Positions 1-10,677 of a stretch of 64,000 bases of DNA are shown one piece after another. The DNA comes from an uncultured virus (IMG/VR IMGVR_UViG_3300032132_000753) (lineage: Duplodnaviria > Heunggongvirae > Uroviricota > Caudoviricetes), in the IMG/VR virus record IMGVR_UViG_3300032132_000753; one strand, given 5' to 3'. The notes under the pieces are model-generated. The model saw only the letters and a list, made by a program, of their open reading frames with translations. It ran no database searches and was not told the origin of the DNA. The position numbers and the translations under genes are program-made. Each line of letters begins with the position of its first letter. Within the stretch, counting starts at the first letter, position 1.

Positions 1-999
1 TCATATAAGTGCGAATCCATAGACATAAACATCTGCGGTAAGAACGCCACCTGTAGCTGGTGTATCAACTTCCAGGGTTAAGTTACCTCGAAGGACTTTA
101 GTCTTATCTTCTAGAGTCCTTTGGTAAACATCATCAACTGACAAGATGTTGGTTAATTCTACAGGGCTGATGAAATTTTCAAACCCGGTATCATCACCAA
201 TTGAAATTGTTACTGGAGTTGTTGCCCCATCACCAGTGATAACAATGGCAATTCTAGTGATTACAAAAGAATCTGTTCCATTTGGAACAACAATGGCCTG
301 AATCCCAACGGCAAGGTTAACAGGAACAGGTGCAGCTCCTGTGATTAATTCGATCGGGTTTTGAGCATCCATTCCGGTTGGGCCAGTGATGCCATCAGGA
401 CCAGTTGGTCCCGTGGGCCCTGTCGTGCCATCGATGCCGGTTGGGCCGGTTGGTCCCGTAGTGCCATCAACACCAGTTAGTCCTGTAGCGCCAGTGTTAC
501 CATCAGCGCCAGTAGGTCCCGTTGCCCCATCCGGACCGGTTGTACCTAAACCAACCCCTGTTCCACCAGTAGCGCCGTCTGCGCCGTCTGGTCCCGTTGG
601 GCCAGTCCCGCCGCCAGTTCCTCCAGCGCCACTATCTAATAGTATAAAACTGCGTCGAATCGCAGCATCCCAACCTGGAGCGTCAAATGGCAATTGGGTA
701 AAATTACCAACTGTTGTCGGTGTTCCATAAGATCCAGATTTGGTTAATTCACCAATATTACCTGGTCTTGGTTCCCCAAATTCAGCGCCTTCGTCTTCTG
801 TTAAATTGTCTTCAACAATTAACGTAGTTCCTGTGGGCACGCTTACAACGTCGTAGATTGCTCCACGGTCGTCTGCAAGACGTCCTCCAAAGTGGTCTCC
901 TACGGTTATACCTGCGGTGCTGTTGACTGCTAATGTATATCGAGTAGGGCTTCCGCCATCGTTTTGGACGGATATAATTGTGACTAATCCACGCGCCAT
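1..999 (-). CDS. Collagen-like (GPT/GAT) fibre protein
   Basis: About 85 aa of Thr-rich G-X-Y triplets; N-terminal ~120 aa is paralogous to 31231..33054. Confidence 0.8.
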   Translation of the reverse strand: MARGLVTIISVQNDGGSPTRYTLAVNSTAGITVGDHFGGRLADDRGAIYDVVSVPTGTTLIVEDNLTEDEGAEFGEPRPGNIGELTKSGSYGTPTTVGNFTQLPFDAPGWDAAIRRSFILLDSGAGGTGGGTGPTGPDGADGATGGTGVGLGTTGPDGATGPTGADGNTGATGLTGVDGTTGPTGPTGIDGTTGPTGPTGPDGITGPTGMDAQNPIELITGAAPVPVNLAVGIQAIVVPNGTDSFVITRIAIVITGDGATTPVTISIGDDTGFENFISPVELTNILSVDDVYQRTLEDKTKVLRGNLTLEVDTPATGGVLTADVYVYGFALI

Positions 1000-1038
1000 T
1001 GCCTTACCTCGAACCTACCGTATGTTTGGAGCTAGAGC

Positions 1039-1371
1039 TTATTTGGCGTTATATATAGCGCCTTCTAAAAACTCTGTAATACTAGTGAGACTATTTGGGT
1101 CATGGATATTTACATCTATTCCATCCAAAACCATGAAAATGCCATTAGGCATCCTCTTCCACCGATCAACATCTAAGTTTTCAGCGTTCAAAAACATTTC
1201 GATAGCATATTCAGCGTTAATGTCGGCGAAGATTTTGCTCAAATCGACGTTAGACCAGTAATAGTAACACATCGGATCGCCAAGGTCTCGTGGTGTTAAC
1301 TTTTCTTTTTTCCTAAATCCTATATCCTCTAGCAAGATACAGATAGCTCCTAAGAAAAGATTACAATGCAT
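1039..1371 (-). CDS. Hypothetical protein
   Basis: 110-aa ORF fills the gap; CAAATATA motif upstream. Confidence 0.55.
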   Translation of the reverse strand: MHCNLFLGAICILLEDIGFRKKEKLTPRDLGDPMCYYYWSNVDLSKIFADINAEYAIEMFLNAENLDVDRWKRMPNGIFMVLDGIDVNIHDPNSLTSITEFLEGAIYNAK

Positions 1372-1422
1372 TGTGTTCCATCAAAATTATATTTGACAGT
1401 TTGCGGCGAGTATATTAAACAT

Positions 1423-1495
1423 AGGCCCGTAACTCAGCGGTCAGAGTGGTTCCTTTACACGGAACTGGTCGGGGGTTCGAATCCCTCCGGGCCTA
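1423..1495 (+). tRNA. tRNA-Val(TAC), CCA not encoded
   Basis: Acceptor AGGCCCG/CGGGCCT, D arm ACTC/GAGT, anticodon arm GTTCC-TTTACAC-GGAAC, T arm GGGGG-TTCGAAT-CCCTC. Confidence 0.95.
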
Positions 1496-2524
1496 ATGAT
1501 CCACGCATTCAGTCAAGACCGATTTTACGCCCCTGAGCGATTCCAGCATTGCCCAACCTTAGCGGCCCTCGATGGCAATACTTTGGTAGCATTCTATGCT
1601 GGAACCAGAGAATGCTCACAAGACCAAAAAGTTAAAATCTTTTACAACTCCCGTAAAAACCCGCACATTCACGAATTAGAAGAAAACACTGGCAATCCAA
1701 TTCTTCTAACTGTTGATGATTACAAAGCTGTCATCATTTATTCAGAATTTACAAAGACCACCGGAAACCCTGGTGCTATGTGGCAATACTGTAAAACGTG
1801 GGTTAGAGAAATTAAAGTTGTCTATGACGATTTAATTGAAATCGGGGGTAGGCGACCTTTAATCGTGACTGAGTCTTTCGACGACAACCCGCCCGAAGAG
1901 ATTGGCTACCTAGCCCGGTGCCATCCAATCGCCTTTGAAGATGGGTGGTTGCTCCCCTTGTACAGGGAACATAGACCGCGATTCCATGGTGTAGTGATGT
2001 TCAGCAAGGATGGACTAAACTGGGAATATAGAGGCACTATCGGCAGAGGAACTTCATGTATTCAGCCAACTATCTGGCTAGAGAATGGTAAGGTCTGCGC
2101 CCTCATGCGAAACTTCGCCAGAAATAGAGACCAAACAGCCTATTATTCTGAATCAGATGATGGCGGAAGAACTTGGTCTGATTTGGAGGGATCACAGTTT
2201 CCAAACTACAATAATAGTATTCTGGCCATCAACTGTCCAAATGGCGATAAGGAAACACAGTTGTTTATTTGGAATGATGATCCTACAGGCCGAAATAACA
2301 TCTCGCTTGGAACTGCCGATAGAAAATTGGTACTACTTGATGGATACGGCAGTTACCCAGCCGCCTGCATACTAGATGACCAATTGCATGTTGCGTATAT
2401 GGGTATTTCTAATCAGATGAAAACCCCACACGCTAAGTCCGTTATTAAGCACAAAGCATATAGTCTACCCGCTTTGATGCGAGAAGCACGTGGTAAACCC
2501 ACATTATGGAGTGGAAAAGCTTAG
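1496..2524 (+). CDS. BNR/Asp-box sialidase-like beta-propeller protein
   Basis: Asp boxes SKDGLNW and SDDGGRTW; H-PTL, GNP, IQPT and SYP motifs typical of the BNR_2 neuraminidase-like family. Confidence 0.8.
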   Translation: MIHAFSQDRFYAPERFQHCPTLAALDGNTLVAFYAGTRECSQDQKVKIFYNSRKNPHIHELEENTGNPILLTVDDYKAVIIYSEFTKTTGNPGAMWQYCKTWVREIKVVYDDLIEIGGRRPLIVTESFDDNPPEEIGYLARCHPIAFEDGWLLPLYREHRPRFHGVVMFSKDGLNWEYRGTIGRGTSCIQPTIWLENGKVCALMRNFARNRDQTAYYSESDDGGRTWSDLEGSQFPNYNNSILAINCPNGDKETQLFIWNDDPTGRNNISLGTADRKLVLLDGYGSYPAACILDDQLHVAYMGISNQMKTPHAKSVIKHKAYSLPALMREARGKPTLWSGKA

Positions 2525-2553
2525 AGATAAGTAACCAAAACTAAACAGAATCG

Positions 2554-3057
2554 ATGGTTAAAATGAACAAGTTAATGTTATTTCTCGTATCTTCTGTTTT
2601 AATGTTAGCTGGTTGTACATCACAGCAGCTACCAGACAATTGGCACCCACTCACTAGAGTTGTAGAAAGAACAAATATCGTTGTTAGTCCTACTGTGGTT
2701 ACAACAGTGTCACCGCTACTTATTACTGGTGATTTAGACTGGTTTAACGAGAGATATCCAGTTGGGTCCGTTGCTCATGAAGCACTAAGACGTCACGAAG
2801 TTCAACACGCTATCGAGCAAGAAGAATATCCGCAAGGTAAAGCTGCGTGGTTTTATCGTTATTTAAGAGATAAAGATTTCCGCTGGGGAGTTGAACAACG
2901 AGGTTATAAAGAAGCGATCCTTTATAAGAGAAGTCAAGGCCAGTGGATAAACGTAGAAGGTTTAGCAGCAACCCTAAGCGGCAATGTTTACAATAATATG
3001 GTTAGTTTCGAAGATGCTCGAAAATGGGTATTGGATGTACTAGCCGGTCGCCAGTAA
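2554..3057 (+). CDS. Lipoprotein with HExxH motif (putative zinc metallopeptidase)
   Basis: Signal peptide with lipobox LAGC; RHEVQH. Confidence 0.6.
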   Translation: MVKMNKLMLFLVSSVLMLAGCTSQQLPDNWHPLTRVVERTNIVVSPTVVTTVSPLLITGDLDWFNERYPVGSVAHEALRRHEVQHAIEQEEYPQGKAAWFYRYLRDKDFRWGVEQRGYKEAILYKRSQGQWINVEGLAATLSGNVYNNMVSFEDARKWVLDVLAGRQ

Positions 3058-3072
3058 CTAACCACAGATATT

Positions 3073-3657
3073 ATGCCGTTAGAAATCAAAACAAGCTCTT
3101 TCTGTGGATTGTCCCGAAGTAAAGATTGGCAAGCATGGTTAGGAGCCGAGGCCCCAGATTTGCTAGCAGATCTTACTAAAACACTAAAATCGGGACAAGG
3201 ATGCAGAGCTAACAGCGACAAGATGATGGAGATCTATTTCGACCTCCAAAAACGCAACAAACAAGATGCTCTAGACGCATTCTTAAAACGACGTTTCCCG
3301 TGGTTGATTAAAGGAGAAGCACCCAAATCACCGCCTCCAAGGACTACCCCACCAGTTCTACCAAAAACCAATAGTAAAGATTGGAACGCATTAAATAAGC
3401 ACGGGGTTTTCAAAACTTACCGCCCTGATATTCTGTCTTTCCCACGAAAGCTTATTATCATTGATCACCATGAAAAACTCTATAATAGAGTCCACCGATT
3501 CATTATAAACAAATTAGCAGTCGATTACTTCATTATCGATAACTATGCATATATTGAATACTTCGAGCCGAAAGATGCCGGTATAGTAGATAAGATCCCA
3601 AAGAATCAACGGGACATTTACAAATACCGACAAAAGATGGCTCAAGATGCGAAATAA
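3073..3657 (+). CDS. Hypothetical protein
   Basis: 194-aa ORF in an operon-like run. Confidence 0.6.
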   Translation: MPLEIKTSSFCGLSRSKDWQAWLGAEAPDLLADLTKTLKSGQGCRANSDKMMEIYFDLQKRNKQDALDAFLKRRFPWLIKGEAPKSPPPRTTPPVLPKTNSKDWNALNKHGVFKTYRPDILSFPRKLIIIDHHEKLYNRVHRFIINKLAVDYFIIDNYAYIEYFEPKDAGIVDKIPKNQRDIYKYRQKMAQDAK

Positions 3658-4762
3658 ATTAGCATTAATTGCTCGCAACGATACAAGAACCAAAGCGCTT
3701 TACGAATTCCTAGCTGGCAATGCATATGCCCAGGTAGAGCTTAATCCTACCTATCCAAAAGACTCCATAGTAGTCTCATCGGAGTTTAATAAATCATTAG
3801 ACCCATCTAACCAATTAGTGCTTCTAGCTAGAGGTGATAAATTAACTTCTAAAGAAAGAATGTTTCTTCCAAACCTCAAAGGAATCATCGCGCACACACA
3901 GTCAGCCGCGTACAAAATTGCTTGGCAAGTTAAAGCCACCGGATTTGCAACTCCCATAATTAGCTTATTGCCATACGTTACCGTCCCAAAGAATATAACA
4001 CCAAATAAGTCAATCTACTATGATAACTTAGGTCCGGTGCCAGATGTATTCTTTAATAAATACAAAATCCAAAACATCAACCCAAATGCTAAACTTCGCA
4101 TTGATTTAAGTGAACCAGAAGGCTTCCCTTATCACATCCTAGAAAGTATGGCTATGGGAGTCCCACCTGTTGTTTGGGACCAACCACCATATTCAGATTT
4201 TATCATCCACGGACATAATGGATATCTGATCCAAAACACAGGCGAATTATCTCCAATTTTAGACGCTAAAGACCATTCTTTAATAGCTATGAACGCTAGA
4301 AATACAATTAATTCAATCTATAACCCTATCAGATATTACAATTCACTAATTAAGAGACCAAACAATTTAAATATCTTAAGCAAGATCAAACTAGAACACG
4401 AAGAACGAAAATGGATTGTAAGAGAACGCATTTTCAAAGGCAACGAAATTGAATTTTTCCCCAAAGATTTCAATCCACTGCTTCAAGAAATAAGTTTAAA
4501 CAACGTTGAAGAAGTGCTAGAGCACTTTTCTGGCCAGAATTTTTCTGATGTATATGTCTTTGGATGTGATTTTCCTACACATCTAGAACCAGAAGACATT
4601 AACAGGATAAGAGGGCTGATAAACCAATTAGGCCCTTATAAATTAAAATTGCACTTCTGCATTGATTACAATCTAATTAAATTATCTGACGAGTGGATTA
4701 GATTATGTAGTAAGTTGAGTTTGATCAGTGTCCAAGAAGGCTTGAAACAGGTATCAAGGTAA
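3647..4762 (+). CDS. GT4-like glycosyltransferase domain protein
   Basis: EGFPYHILESMAMGVPPV...IIHGHNGYL, the GT-B E-x7-E signature. Confidence 0.7.
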   Translation: MRNKLALIARNDTRTKALYEFLAGNAYAQVELNPTYPKDSIVVSSEFNKSLDPSNQLVLLARGDKLTSKERMFLPNLKGIIAHTQSAAYKIAWQVKATGFATPIISLLPYVTVPKNITPNKSIYYDNLGPVPDVFFNKYKIQNINPNAKLRIDLSEPEGFPYHILESMAMGVPPVVWDQPPYSDFIIHGHNGYLIQNTGELSPILDAKDHSLIAMNARNTINSIYNPIRYYNSLIKRPNNLNILSKIKLEHEERKWIVRERIFKGNEIEFFPKDFNPLLQEISLNNVEEVLEHFSGQNFSDVYVFGCDFPTHLEPEDINRIRGLINQLGPYKLKLHFCIDYNLIKLSDEWIRLCSKLSLISVQEGLKQVSR

Positions 4763-4772
4763 AACATAAAAT

Positions 4773-6050
4773 ATGGCGACTCCTGAAGAAATTGCAAAAC
4801 TGATAACTGATGATCCGGACATCTTTAACGAAATGGCCGTTGGTACAGGAGGCATTGCCATGGGTCCAATGCAGGCCCTTGGGACTCCAGCACCCAAAAA
4901 GAAAAAGCGTAAAAGTGTAAAACGCGAAGACGACGGCGACATTGGAATGCAGAAGATGCATAAACAATATTACGCCGATCCAGTTACTGGGCAATCAAAA
5001 TCCAAAGGTAGCGGAAAATCGAATGACGGAGAGGTCCTTTATTCAGACACACAAACCGAAGAACCAGAAAAAGCACTAGGAGAATCATCCGGAGATCAAG
5101 CAAGGATTGCCCAACTAGCTTCTATAACTCTGGAATCCCCACCATTAGACCAATGGTCTCACGGCGAGGAGATGAACGATGGCCTCCGCAAGAAAATTCT
5201 AGGCAGTTTTAGAAAAGCTTTCGGGTCAATGAAACAAATCGTTGATCGCCTTCCTGGTGGGTGCGCATTAGCTCAATCATGGGCTCAACATCTAGAATAT
5301 ATCCAACACCTAAGAAAATCAGACGCCCAACAGACTAGAAACCCTGTCGAATGGGAAGGCAATCCAATCGAGACACCACCTAAAGGCTGGTGGGGTCAGA
5401 AATGGGGAGTTTCAAGTTCACGAAATTACATCCTATCATTCTTTTACGAAGTTTTATACGAATATTTGTCTAAATTCCAAGAACTACAAGACGAGCACCT
5501 AGTATCTTGTGACGACGAACAATGTATGTCCGAAAACCACCAAAAATGGGTGATTAAAGCTCTATGTGCTGATATCGTTGGATTTAGCGATATTTGGGAC
5601 ATTCTTAGGACTGAACGCGCCAAAGCTTTCACCACATACCGGTACTATCAGAAACGTGGTACTAAACAAATACGCCATCAAATGAGTAAAGACGATCAAG
5701 ATCGTCTGGCGCAATGGAAAGCCAAACCTGCTCACGAGCGCGGACCAGTAATGGGTGAATTGCCCGATACTATGTCACAACTTGCCAATTGGTACAAGGA
5801 TCACCCCAAAGGACGCCGTAGCGTATTCTCTTCAGGATTCGGAGAACCAACCTTTAAAAAGGGCGATCGGGTAGAACATGCAAAATACGGCCCTGGTCAG
5901 GTAGTGTCTACTCCTAAAGAGATAGACGTATTTGTCCGAGTGATGTTCGATACAGATCTACAAACAGCATTCGGACAAATTGGACCAGGTGTTGCTCATA
6001 ATGTCAAGGTAAAACGGGTAAGAAAAGCCCACCTTGAAACCCAATACTAA
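4773..6050 (+). CDS. Putative internal head protein with C-terminal PcrA/CarD-like Tudor domain
   Basis: N-terminal [12 protein letters not shown] motif; C-terminal [19 protein letters not shown]. Confidence 0.55.
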   Translation: MATPEEIAKLITDDPDIFNEMAVGTGGIAMGPMQALGTPAPKKKKRKSVKREDDGDIGMQKMHKQYYADPVTGQSKSKGSGKSNDGEVLYSDTQTEEPEKALGESSGDQARIAQLASITLESPPLDQWSHGEEMNDGLRKKILGSFRKAFGSMKQIVDRLPGGCALAQSWAQHLEYIQHLRKSDAQQTRNPVEWEGNPIETPPKGWWGQKWGVSSSRNYILSFFYEVLYEYLSKFQELQDEHLVSCDDEQCMSENHQKWVIKALCADIVGFSDIWDILRTERAKAFTTYRYYQKRGTKQIRHQMSKDDQDRLAQWKAKPAHERGPVMGELPDTMSQLANWYKDHPKGRRSVFSSGFGEPTFKKGDRVEHAKYGPGQVVSTPKEIDVFVRVMFDTDLQTAFGQIGPGVAHNVKVKRVRKAHLETQY

Positions 6051-7318
6051 AATTGTTCTTCTTCGGTCGATCCAGCCATAGCTGTAGTTGACGACCCACC
6101 ACTAGTAACAACCTTCTGAACTTTATCAAAGTATCCAGTTCCAACAAATTGTTGATGCTTGACAGCTTTAAATCCTAGGTTCTGCATGTTGGAATATTCT
6201 TCTTCTTGGACTTCCTGGTAAGCAGCCATACCGCGTTCTTTATAGTCTAGAGATAATTCGAACATGCTGTGGTTTAGTACATGGAAACCAGCCAAAGTGA
6301 TAAACTGGTAAGTATACCCTATTTTAGCTAGCTCGTTTTGGAAATCTTCAACAGGACCAGTCTTGTCCGGGTGTTGGCTCCAACGGAATGATGGCGAGCA
6401 GTTATATGCTAGCATTTTTCCTGGAAATTTAGCGTGGATAGCGTCAGCGAACCTACGAGCTTCATCTAAATCTGGTTTTCCTGTTTCACACCAAAGAAGG
6501 TCAGCGTATGGGGCGTAAGCTAACCCACGTGCGATCGCCATGTCGATGCCACCGGTAACTGGATAGAAGCCTTCTGTCGTCCTTTTAGCACCGGTAAGGA
6601 AAGGAACATCTCTACTATCAACGTCGCTAGTAAGCAATTTAGCACTATTGGCATCAGTTCTAGCGATAATAATAGTGCCTGTGCCAAGAACATCCGCTGC
6701 TAGTCTGGCGGCTTTAAGTTTATTGACAAATTCGCTGGTAGGAACTAGAACTTTGCCGCCTAAATGTCCGCATTTTTTCGCAGAAGACAACTGATCTTCA
6801 AAGTGAACACCGGCAGCGCCAGCCTTGATCATCCACTTCATAAGTTCGTAGGCGTTTAGAAGACCTCCGAACCCAGCTTCTGCGTCTGCTACGATAGGCT
6901 TGAAATAGTCTGTTTTGCCATTTCTACCACCGATTTGATCAGCTCGCTCTAAAGCATTATTAATGCGACGGATTACCTTAGGGACACTATCAGATGGGTA
7001 AAGGCTCTGGTCTGGATACATTTCTCCAGCAAGATTAGCATCGGCGGCAACTTGCCAGCCACTTAGATAAATAGCTTGAAGACCTGCTTGAACTTGTTGT
7101 ACCGCCTGGTTACCAGTTAAAGCCCCAAGGGCACGAACTGCTTTATCAGACTTTTGAGCCTGCTTTAAAGAATCCCACAATTTATCTGCAATCCACTTAG
7201 AGTACGGCAAAGGGAAGAAACGAGAGCCCCTTAAATCCAAAACATCTTCTGATGTATGATCCCTATGTGTGTCTTCCCATCGGTCTTCACAGTCCGATAA
7301 CTCTTTGGCATTGTCCAT
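6047..7318 (-). CDS. aceA: Isocitrate lyase
   Basis: Catalytic [51 protein letters not shown]. Confidence 0.97.
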   Translation of the reverse strand: MDNAKELSDCEDRWEDTHRDHTSEDVLDLRGSRFFPLPYSKWIADKLWDSLKQAQKSDKAVRALGALTGNQAVQQVQAGLQAIYLSGWQVAADANLAGEMYPDQSLYPSDSVPKVIRRINNALERADQIGGRNGKTDYFKPIVADAEAGFGGLLNAYELMKWMIKAGAAGVHFEDQLSSAKKCGHLGGKVLVPTSEFVNKLKAARLAADVLGTGTIIIARTDANSAKLLTSDVDSRDVPFLTGAKRTTEGFYPVTGGIDMAIARGLAYAPYADLLWCETGKPDLDEARRFADAIHAKFPGKMLAYNCSPSFRWSQHPDKTGPVEDFQNELAKIGYTYQFITLAGFHVLNHSMFELSLDYKERGMAAYQEVQEEEYSNMQNLGFKAVKHQQFVGTGYFDKVQKVVTSGGSSTTAMAGSTEEEQF

Positions 7319-7331
7319 TTGTGCTCCTATA

Positions 7332-8840
7332 TTACATTGGGTTGTGACGTCCAGACAGGACGTAACGCTCGGTTAGTATTCTAGCTTTGCGTAGTGTTTC
7401 TTCACCACCTGGCTCTGATTCCGATTCAACAAGACGCGTGTATTCCTCGTCAAATAACTGGTGAATCACTTGAGGCGTATGATCTGGAAGATGATGCATG
7501 CGTTGCGCGATTTGCAATCTAGCTCCCCTATCAGTTGCTAAATCTTCCATATATCCATCAAGCAAACTTGCACCCTTGCCATTTAGAACACCATTCCGAT
7601 AACGCATAGCAATTCTAATCGATTGCCTAGTGCCATCTAAAGTGACTTTACCACCAACGATTGGTGGTCTAAGATCAGGGTGGGCTGGAAATGGATGCAT
7701 AACACTTAACTGATTTGGGTAAGGAAATTGATCTACAGAAACCTGGTTCTGATCCGGGTGACCGGTCCATGCTCCATCCATTCCCATATTAGCTTCGTTT
7801 TTCTTATCAGCCTCTAATCCTTTAAGAGCACGTTCATTTAACTCTGGGTCTCGACGACTAGGATAAAGTGCCGTCATTCCGCCAATCGCTAAAATCCCGT
7901 GGGAATGACAAGTATTGACCATGTGAACTCTGAGATCCTGAAAAAATGCGACGTCGTGTGGAATGACGTTACGATCAGGAAGAATCATGGTAGAATCCGA
8001 AAGATTTTGCTCCATATAAGAAGCCATATAATCCCAGCGTCCAAGGTTTAATCCAACAATATGATCCCTAAGGATATAAATGAATGGGTCTAGTTGGTGC
8101 GCGAACGAGTGGCACTCTACCAGAGCCATACATTTGATGGGATTTAGTTTCAGCTCCGCAGCAACATCTCCAAATAGCGCGGCCCACCATTCTGCTTCTT
8201 CAGCATATTCTGTCTTAGGAATGTAAAAAGCTAATGGTTGTTCTACTGGCAAATCGTTGCCCTGACTAAATAACCATGCAGACATGCAGACATCAAGCAA
8301 TGAAGCGGATGTAATAGTTTGTCCGATGACTTGGTATAGGTGTAGCCCGCGTGCTCTAACGAACAAAACAGTGTTACTATCGGCAATATGCCTAATCATA
8401 TCTTTCTTTTGATATGACAATGTCCGGTTGAACAATTTTTCTAAGTTACCGTAAGCTCTGAGGAGATTTTCTCTTTCGTTGGCCATCGAGTCTTCGATAT
8501 CGACCATAACTCCTGGGGCACCAGAATTCATCATTTTGACTACTAAAGCAGCGTCATCTAACGGGCCGGTCATCTGGTTTCGTTGATCTTTACACCATTC
8601 CGGGAAATCAACTTTAAATTCTGAATTATGTAGGATTTGTCTAGGCTGTAATTCTTTAGGCCACGATTCGTAACTTTCTGGGTAGCCTACTTTATCATCG
8701 TTTTCGAAAGAATAAGTAGTGCGTTCGATCCGTTTTTTAGCAATAGTCTGTTGCCATTTAGAAAATCTTTCGTGATATGGCATGAAAAATTCTAAGAATT
8801 CTTTTGAAAGATCGGTATCAGAAATAACGTTAGTGTCCAT
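7332..8840 (-). CDS. aceB: Malate synthase (MSA-like, compact)
   Basis: [47 protein letters not shown]; start placed at ATG 8840 after an AGGAG RBS. Confidence 0.92.
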   Translation of the reverse strand: MDTNVISDTDLSKEFLEFFMPYHERFSKWQQTIAKKRIERTTYSFENDDKVGYPESYESWPKELQPRQILHNSEFKVDFPEWCKDQRNQMTGPLDDAALVVKMMNSGAPGVMVDIEDSMANERENLLRAYGNLEKLFNRTLSYQKKDMIRHIADSNTVLFVRARGLHLYQVIGQTITSASLLDVCMSAWLFSQGNDLPVEQPLAFYIPKTEYAEEAEWWAALFGDVAAELKLNPIKCMALVECHSFAHQLDPFIYILRDHIVGLNLGRWDYMASYMEQNLSDSTMILPDRNVIPHDVAFFQDLRVHMVNTCHSHGILAIGGMTALYPSRRDPELNERALKGLEADKKNEANMGMDGAWTGHPDQNQVSVDQFPYPNQLSVMHPFPAHPDLRPPIVGGKVTLDGTRQSIRIAMRYRNGVLNGKGASLLDGYMEDLATDRGARLQIAQRMHHLPDHTPQVIHQLFDEEYTRLVESESEPGGEETLRKARILTERYVLSGRHNPM

Positions 8841-8869
8841 AAATGCTCCTTTTATAAGTACGTAAGGAT

Positions 8870-9553
8870 ATGATTCCCTTAAAGTCAACCATTTACATTC
8901 TAGGTTCAGGCGGCTTCGCTAATGAAGTAGCAACCTATATCAGAGAATTGGTTACTACATCTAGCAATCAATCGATGTCCATGCTAAGAGGCCGAACTGG
9001 AATGCTTCCAGACCACCTACAAGCCGATGTTGATATACACTACGTAGATGACCACGCCGCTGGTGAAGGAATATTAACTGTAAGAGGATACCAAAACGCT
9101 TACAGCACATTTAGTACAAAACCAAAATACTCAATTATGGGTTCAGGACAATGCAGCATCAAACTGAAGATGAAAAAGGAAATTATTGAGCCCTACTTCA
9201 GCATGCGCCATCCAAGATCTACTATTAGTGGAAGTTCACAGATCGGTAATGGTTCTGTGACTGCTCCTGGGGCTGTTATAGCCGCTAGAACTATTCTCGG
9301 AGAGCATGTTCTTGTTAATTATAACGCTACTATAGGCCATGACACGAAAATCGGATCTTTTTCTGTTGTGAGTCCTAACGCTGCTGTAGGTGGCTTTTGT
9401 GATATCGGAGAGGCAGTTTATATTGGTTCCGGTGCACAGATTAAAGAAAAGATAACTATTGGCGACGGGGCCATAATCGGCATGGGAGCCATCGTAACTA
9501 AGGATGTCCCACCCGGCGTAACTATTGTGAAAGTCAATGAAAGGCTAAATTAA
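8870..9553 (+). CDS. PglD/NeuD/PerB-family sugar acetyltransferase
   Basis: ILGSGGFANEV N-terminus, hexapeptide repeats, IGHD, GMGAIVTKDVP. Confidence 0.88.
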   Translation: MIPLKSTIYILGSGGFANEVATYIRELVTTSSNQSMSMLRGRTGMLPDHLQADVDIHYVDDHAAGEGILTVRGYQNAYSTFSTKPKYSIMGSGQCSIKLKMKKEIIEPYFSMRHPRSTISGSSQIGNGSVTAPGAVIAARTILGEHVLVNYNATIGHDTKIGSFSVVSPNAAVGGFCDIGEAVYIGSGAQIKEKITIGDGAIIGMGAIVTKDVPPGVTIVKVNERLN

Positions 9554-9555
9554 TT

Positions 9556-9741
9556 ATGAGTGTTGAAGGAAGTAACTGGGCGAAGATTCGCGAACTATTA
9601 GACAAGCACGAAGATGATCGTGATAAGGCTCAAGCAGGTAACAAGTCCGCAGGGACTCGTGCTCGGATTGCTCTAATGGAAATCAAGAAATTAGCGCACG
9701 AAGAACGAGCTGTATTGAACGATTTAAAAAAGGCTAAGTAA
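9556..9741 (+). CDS. Histone H1-like (Hc1 family) small protein
   Basis: GNKSAGTRARIALMEIKKLAHEER motif. Confidence 0.75.
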   Translation: MSVEGSNWAKIRELLDKHEDDRDKAQAGNKSAGTRARIALMEIKKLAHEERAVLNDLKKAK

Positions 9742-10677
9742 ATGTCAAGGAAAGACCTGTCAGGTTCTAAATTTGGCAGACTTTCAGTTCAAGACGAATA
9801 CGAAATCAGGAAACGTCGTAGGACATATTGGCGATGTATATGTGATTGTGGTAAAGAAAAATGGGTGTCCATCTCTTCTCTTAGAGCAGGAACTAAAAGT
9901 TGTGGATGTCTTGCATTAGAACTGAAAAGTTTAGAACCTGGCAAATCTGCTAAAAATCGATTTTTCCGTAGGTACAAAACTGACGCTAAAAAACGAAGTT
10001 TGAATTTTAATTTAAACTTCGAAGAATTTATTTCTTTATGTCATCAAGATTGTTTTTATTGCGGTAATATGCCAACTAAAGTACTAAGAGAGACATCCAA
10101 TGGTGACTTTGTACACAATGGTGTCGATCGTATTGATTCTAATATTGGTTATACAATAAGTAATTGTGTATCGTGCTGTTCTAAATGCAATTTTGCTAAA
10201 GGACGATTAACCCAATCAGAATTTTTTCTGATGATAGAAAGAATATATCGACACCGCATAATTTCTAAAGGTGAAACAAAACACAAAAAACGAGCGGCGT
10301 TTTTTGGTAGATGGCAACCTTTCCACAAAGGACACATGTGGTTAATTAAAAACAAGTTAGATAAAGGTATACCATGCGTCATCTTTGTTAGAGATATACC
10401 ACCAGATAAGAAAAATCCATACACCACCCAAGATACTATAGAAGTAATCAAAAAAGCTTTTAAAAATGAAGATGTTATCGTTCAAGCTTTACCCGATATT
10501 GAATCAATTAACTGGGGTCGTGGTGTTGGATATGAAACCAACGAATTTAAGCCGCCAGAAGACATAAAGAGAATATCTGCCACAGACATCAGAGATAAAA
10601 TCATGTCCAATGACGATTCTTGGAAAGAGTTTGTTACTACACCTGTAGCAGAATGGTTAGAAGAATATTATGGTTGA
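9742..10677 (+). CDS. HNH endonuclease fused to HxGH nucleotidyltransferase
   Basis: DLSGSKFGRL...WRCICDCG...SCGC, CFYCG, GVDRIDSNIGY...NCVSCCSKCN, then FGRWQPFHKGH...ISATDIR. Confidence 0.8.
   Translation: MSRKDLSGSKFGRLSVQDEYEIRKRRRTYWRCICDCGKEKWVSISSLRAGTKSCGCLALELKSLEPGKSAKNRFFRRYKTDAKKRSLNFNLNFEEFISLCHQDCFYCGNMPTKVLRETSNGDFVHNGVDRIDSNIGYTISNCVSCCSKCNFAKGRLTQSEFFLMIERIYRHRIISKGETKHKKRAAFFGRWQPFHKGHMWLIKNKLDKGIPCVIFVRDIPPDKKNPYTTQDTIEVIKKAFKNEDVIVQALPDIESINWGRGVGYETNEFKPPEDIKRISATDIRDKIMSNDDSWKEFVTTPVAEWLEEYYG

Noticed and set aside
386..730. Pro/Val-rich plus-strand ORFs (also 31673, 32258, 41259, 28677, 24827)
   Set aside because: Antisense shadows of collagen-like or low-complexity genes on the minus strand
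1393..1416. Sigma70 promoter TTGACA...TATATT before the tRNA
   Set aside because: Spacing is only 12 nt, and TTGACA overlaps the minus-strand CAAATATA motif
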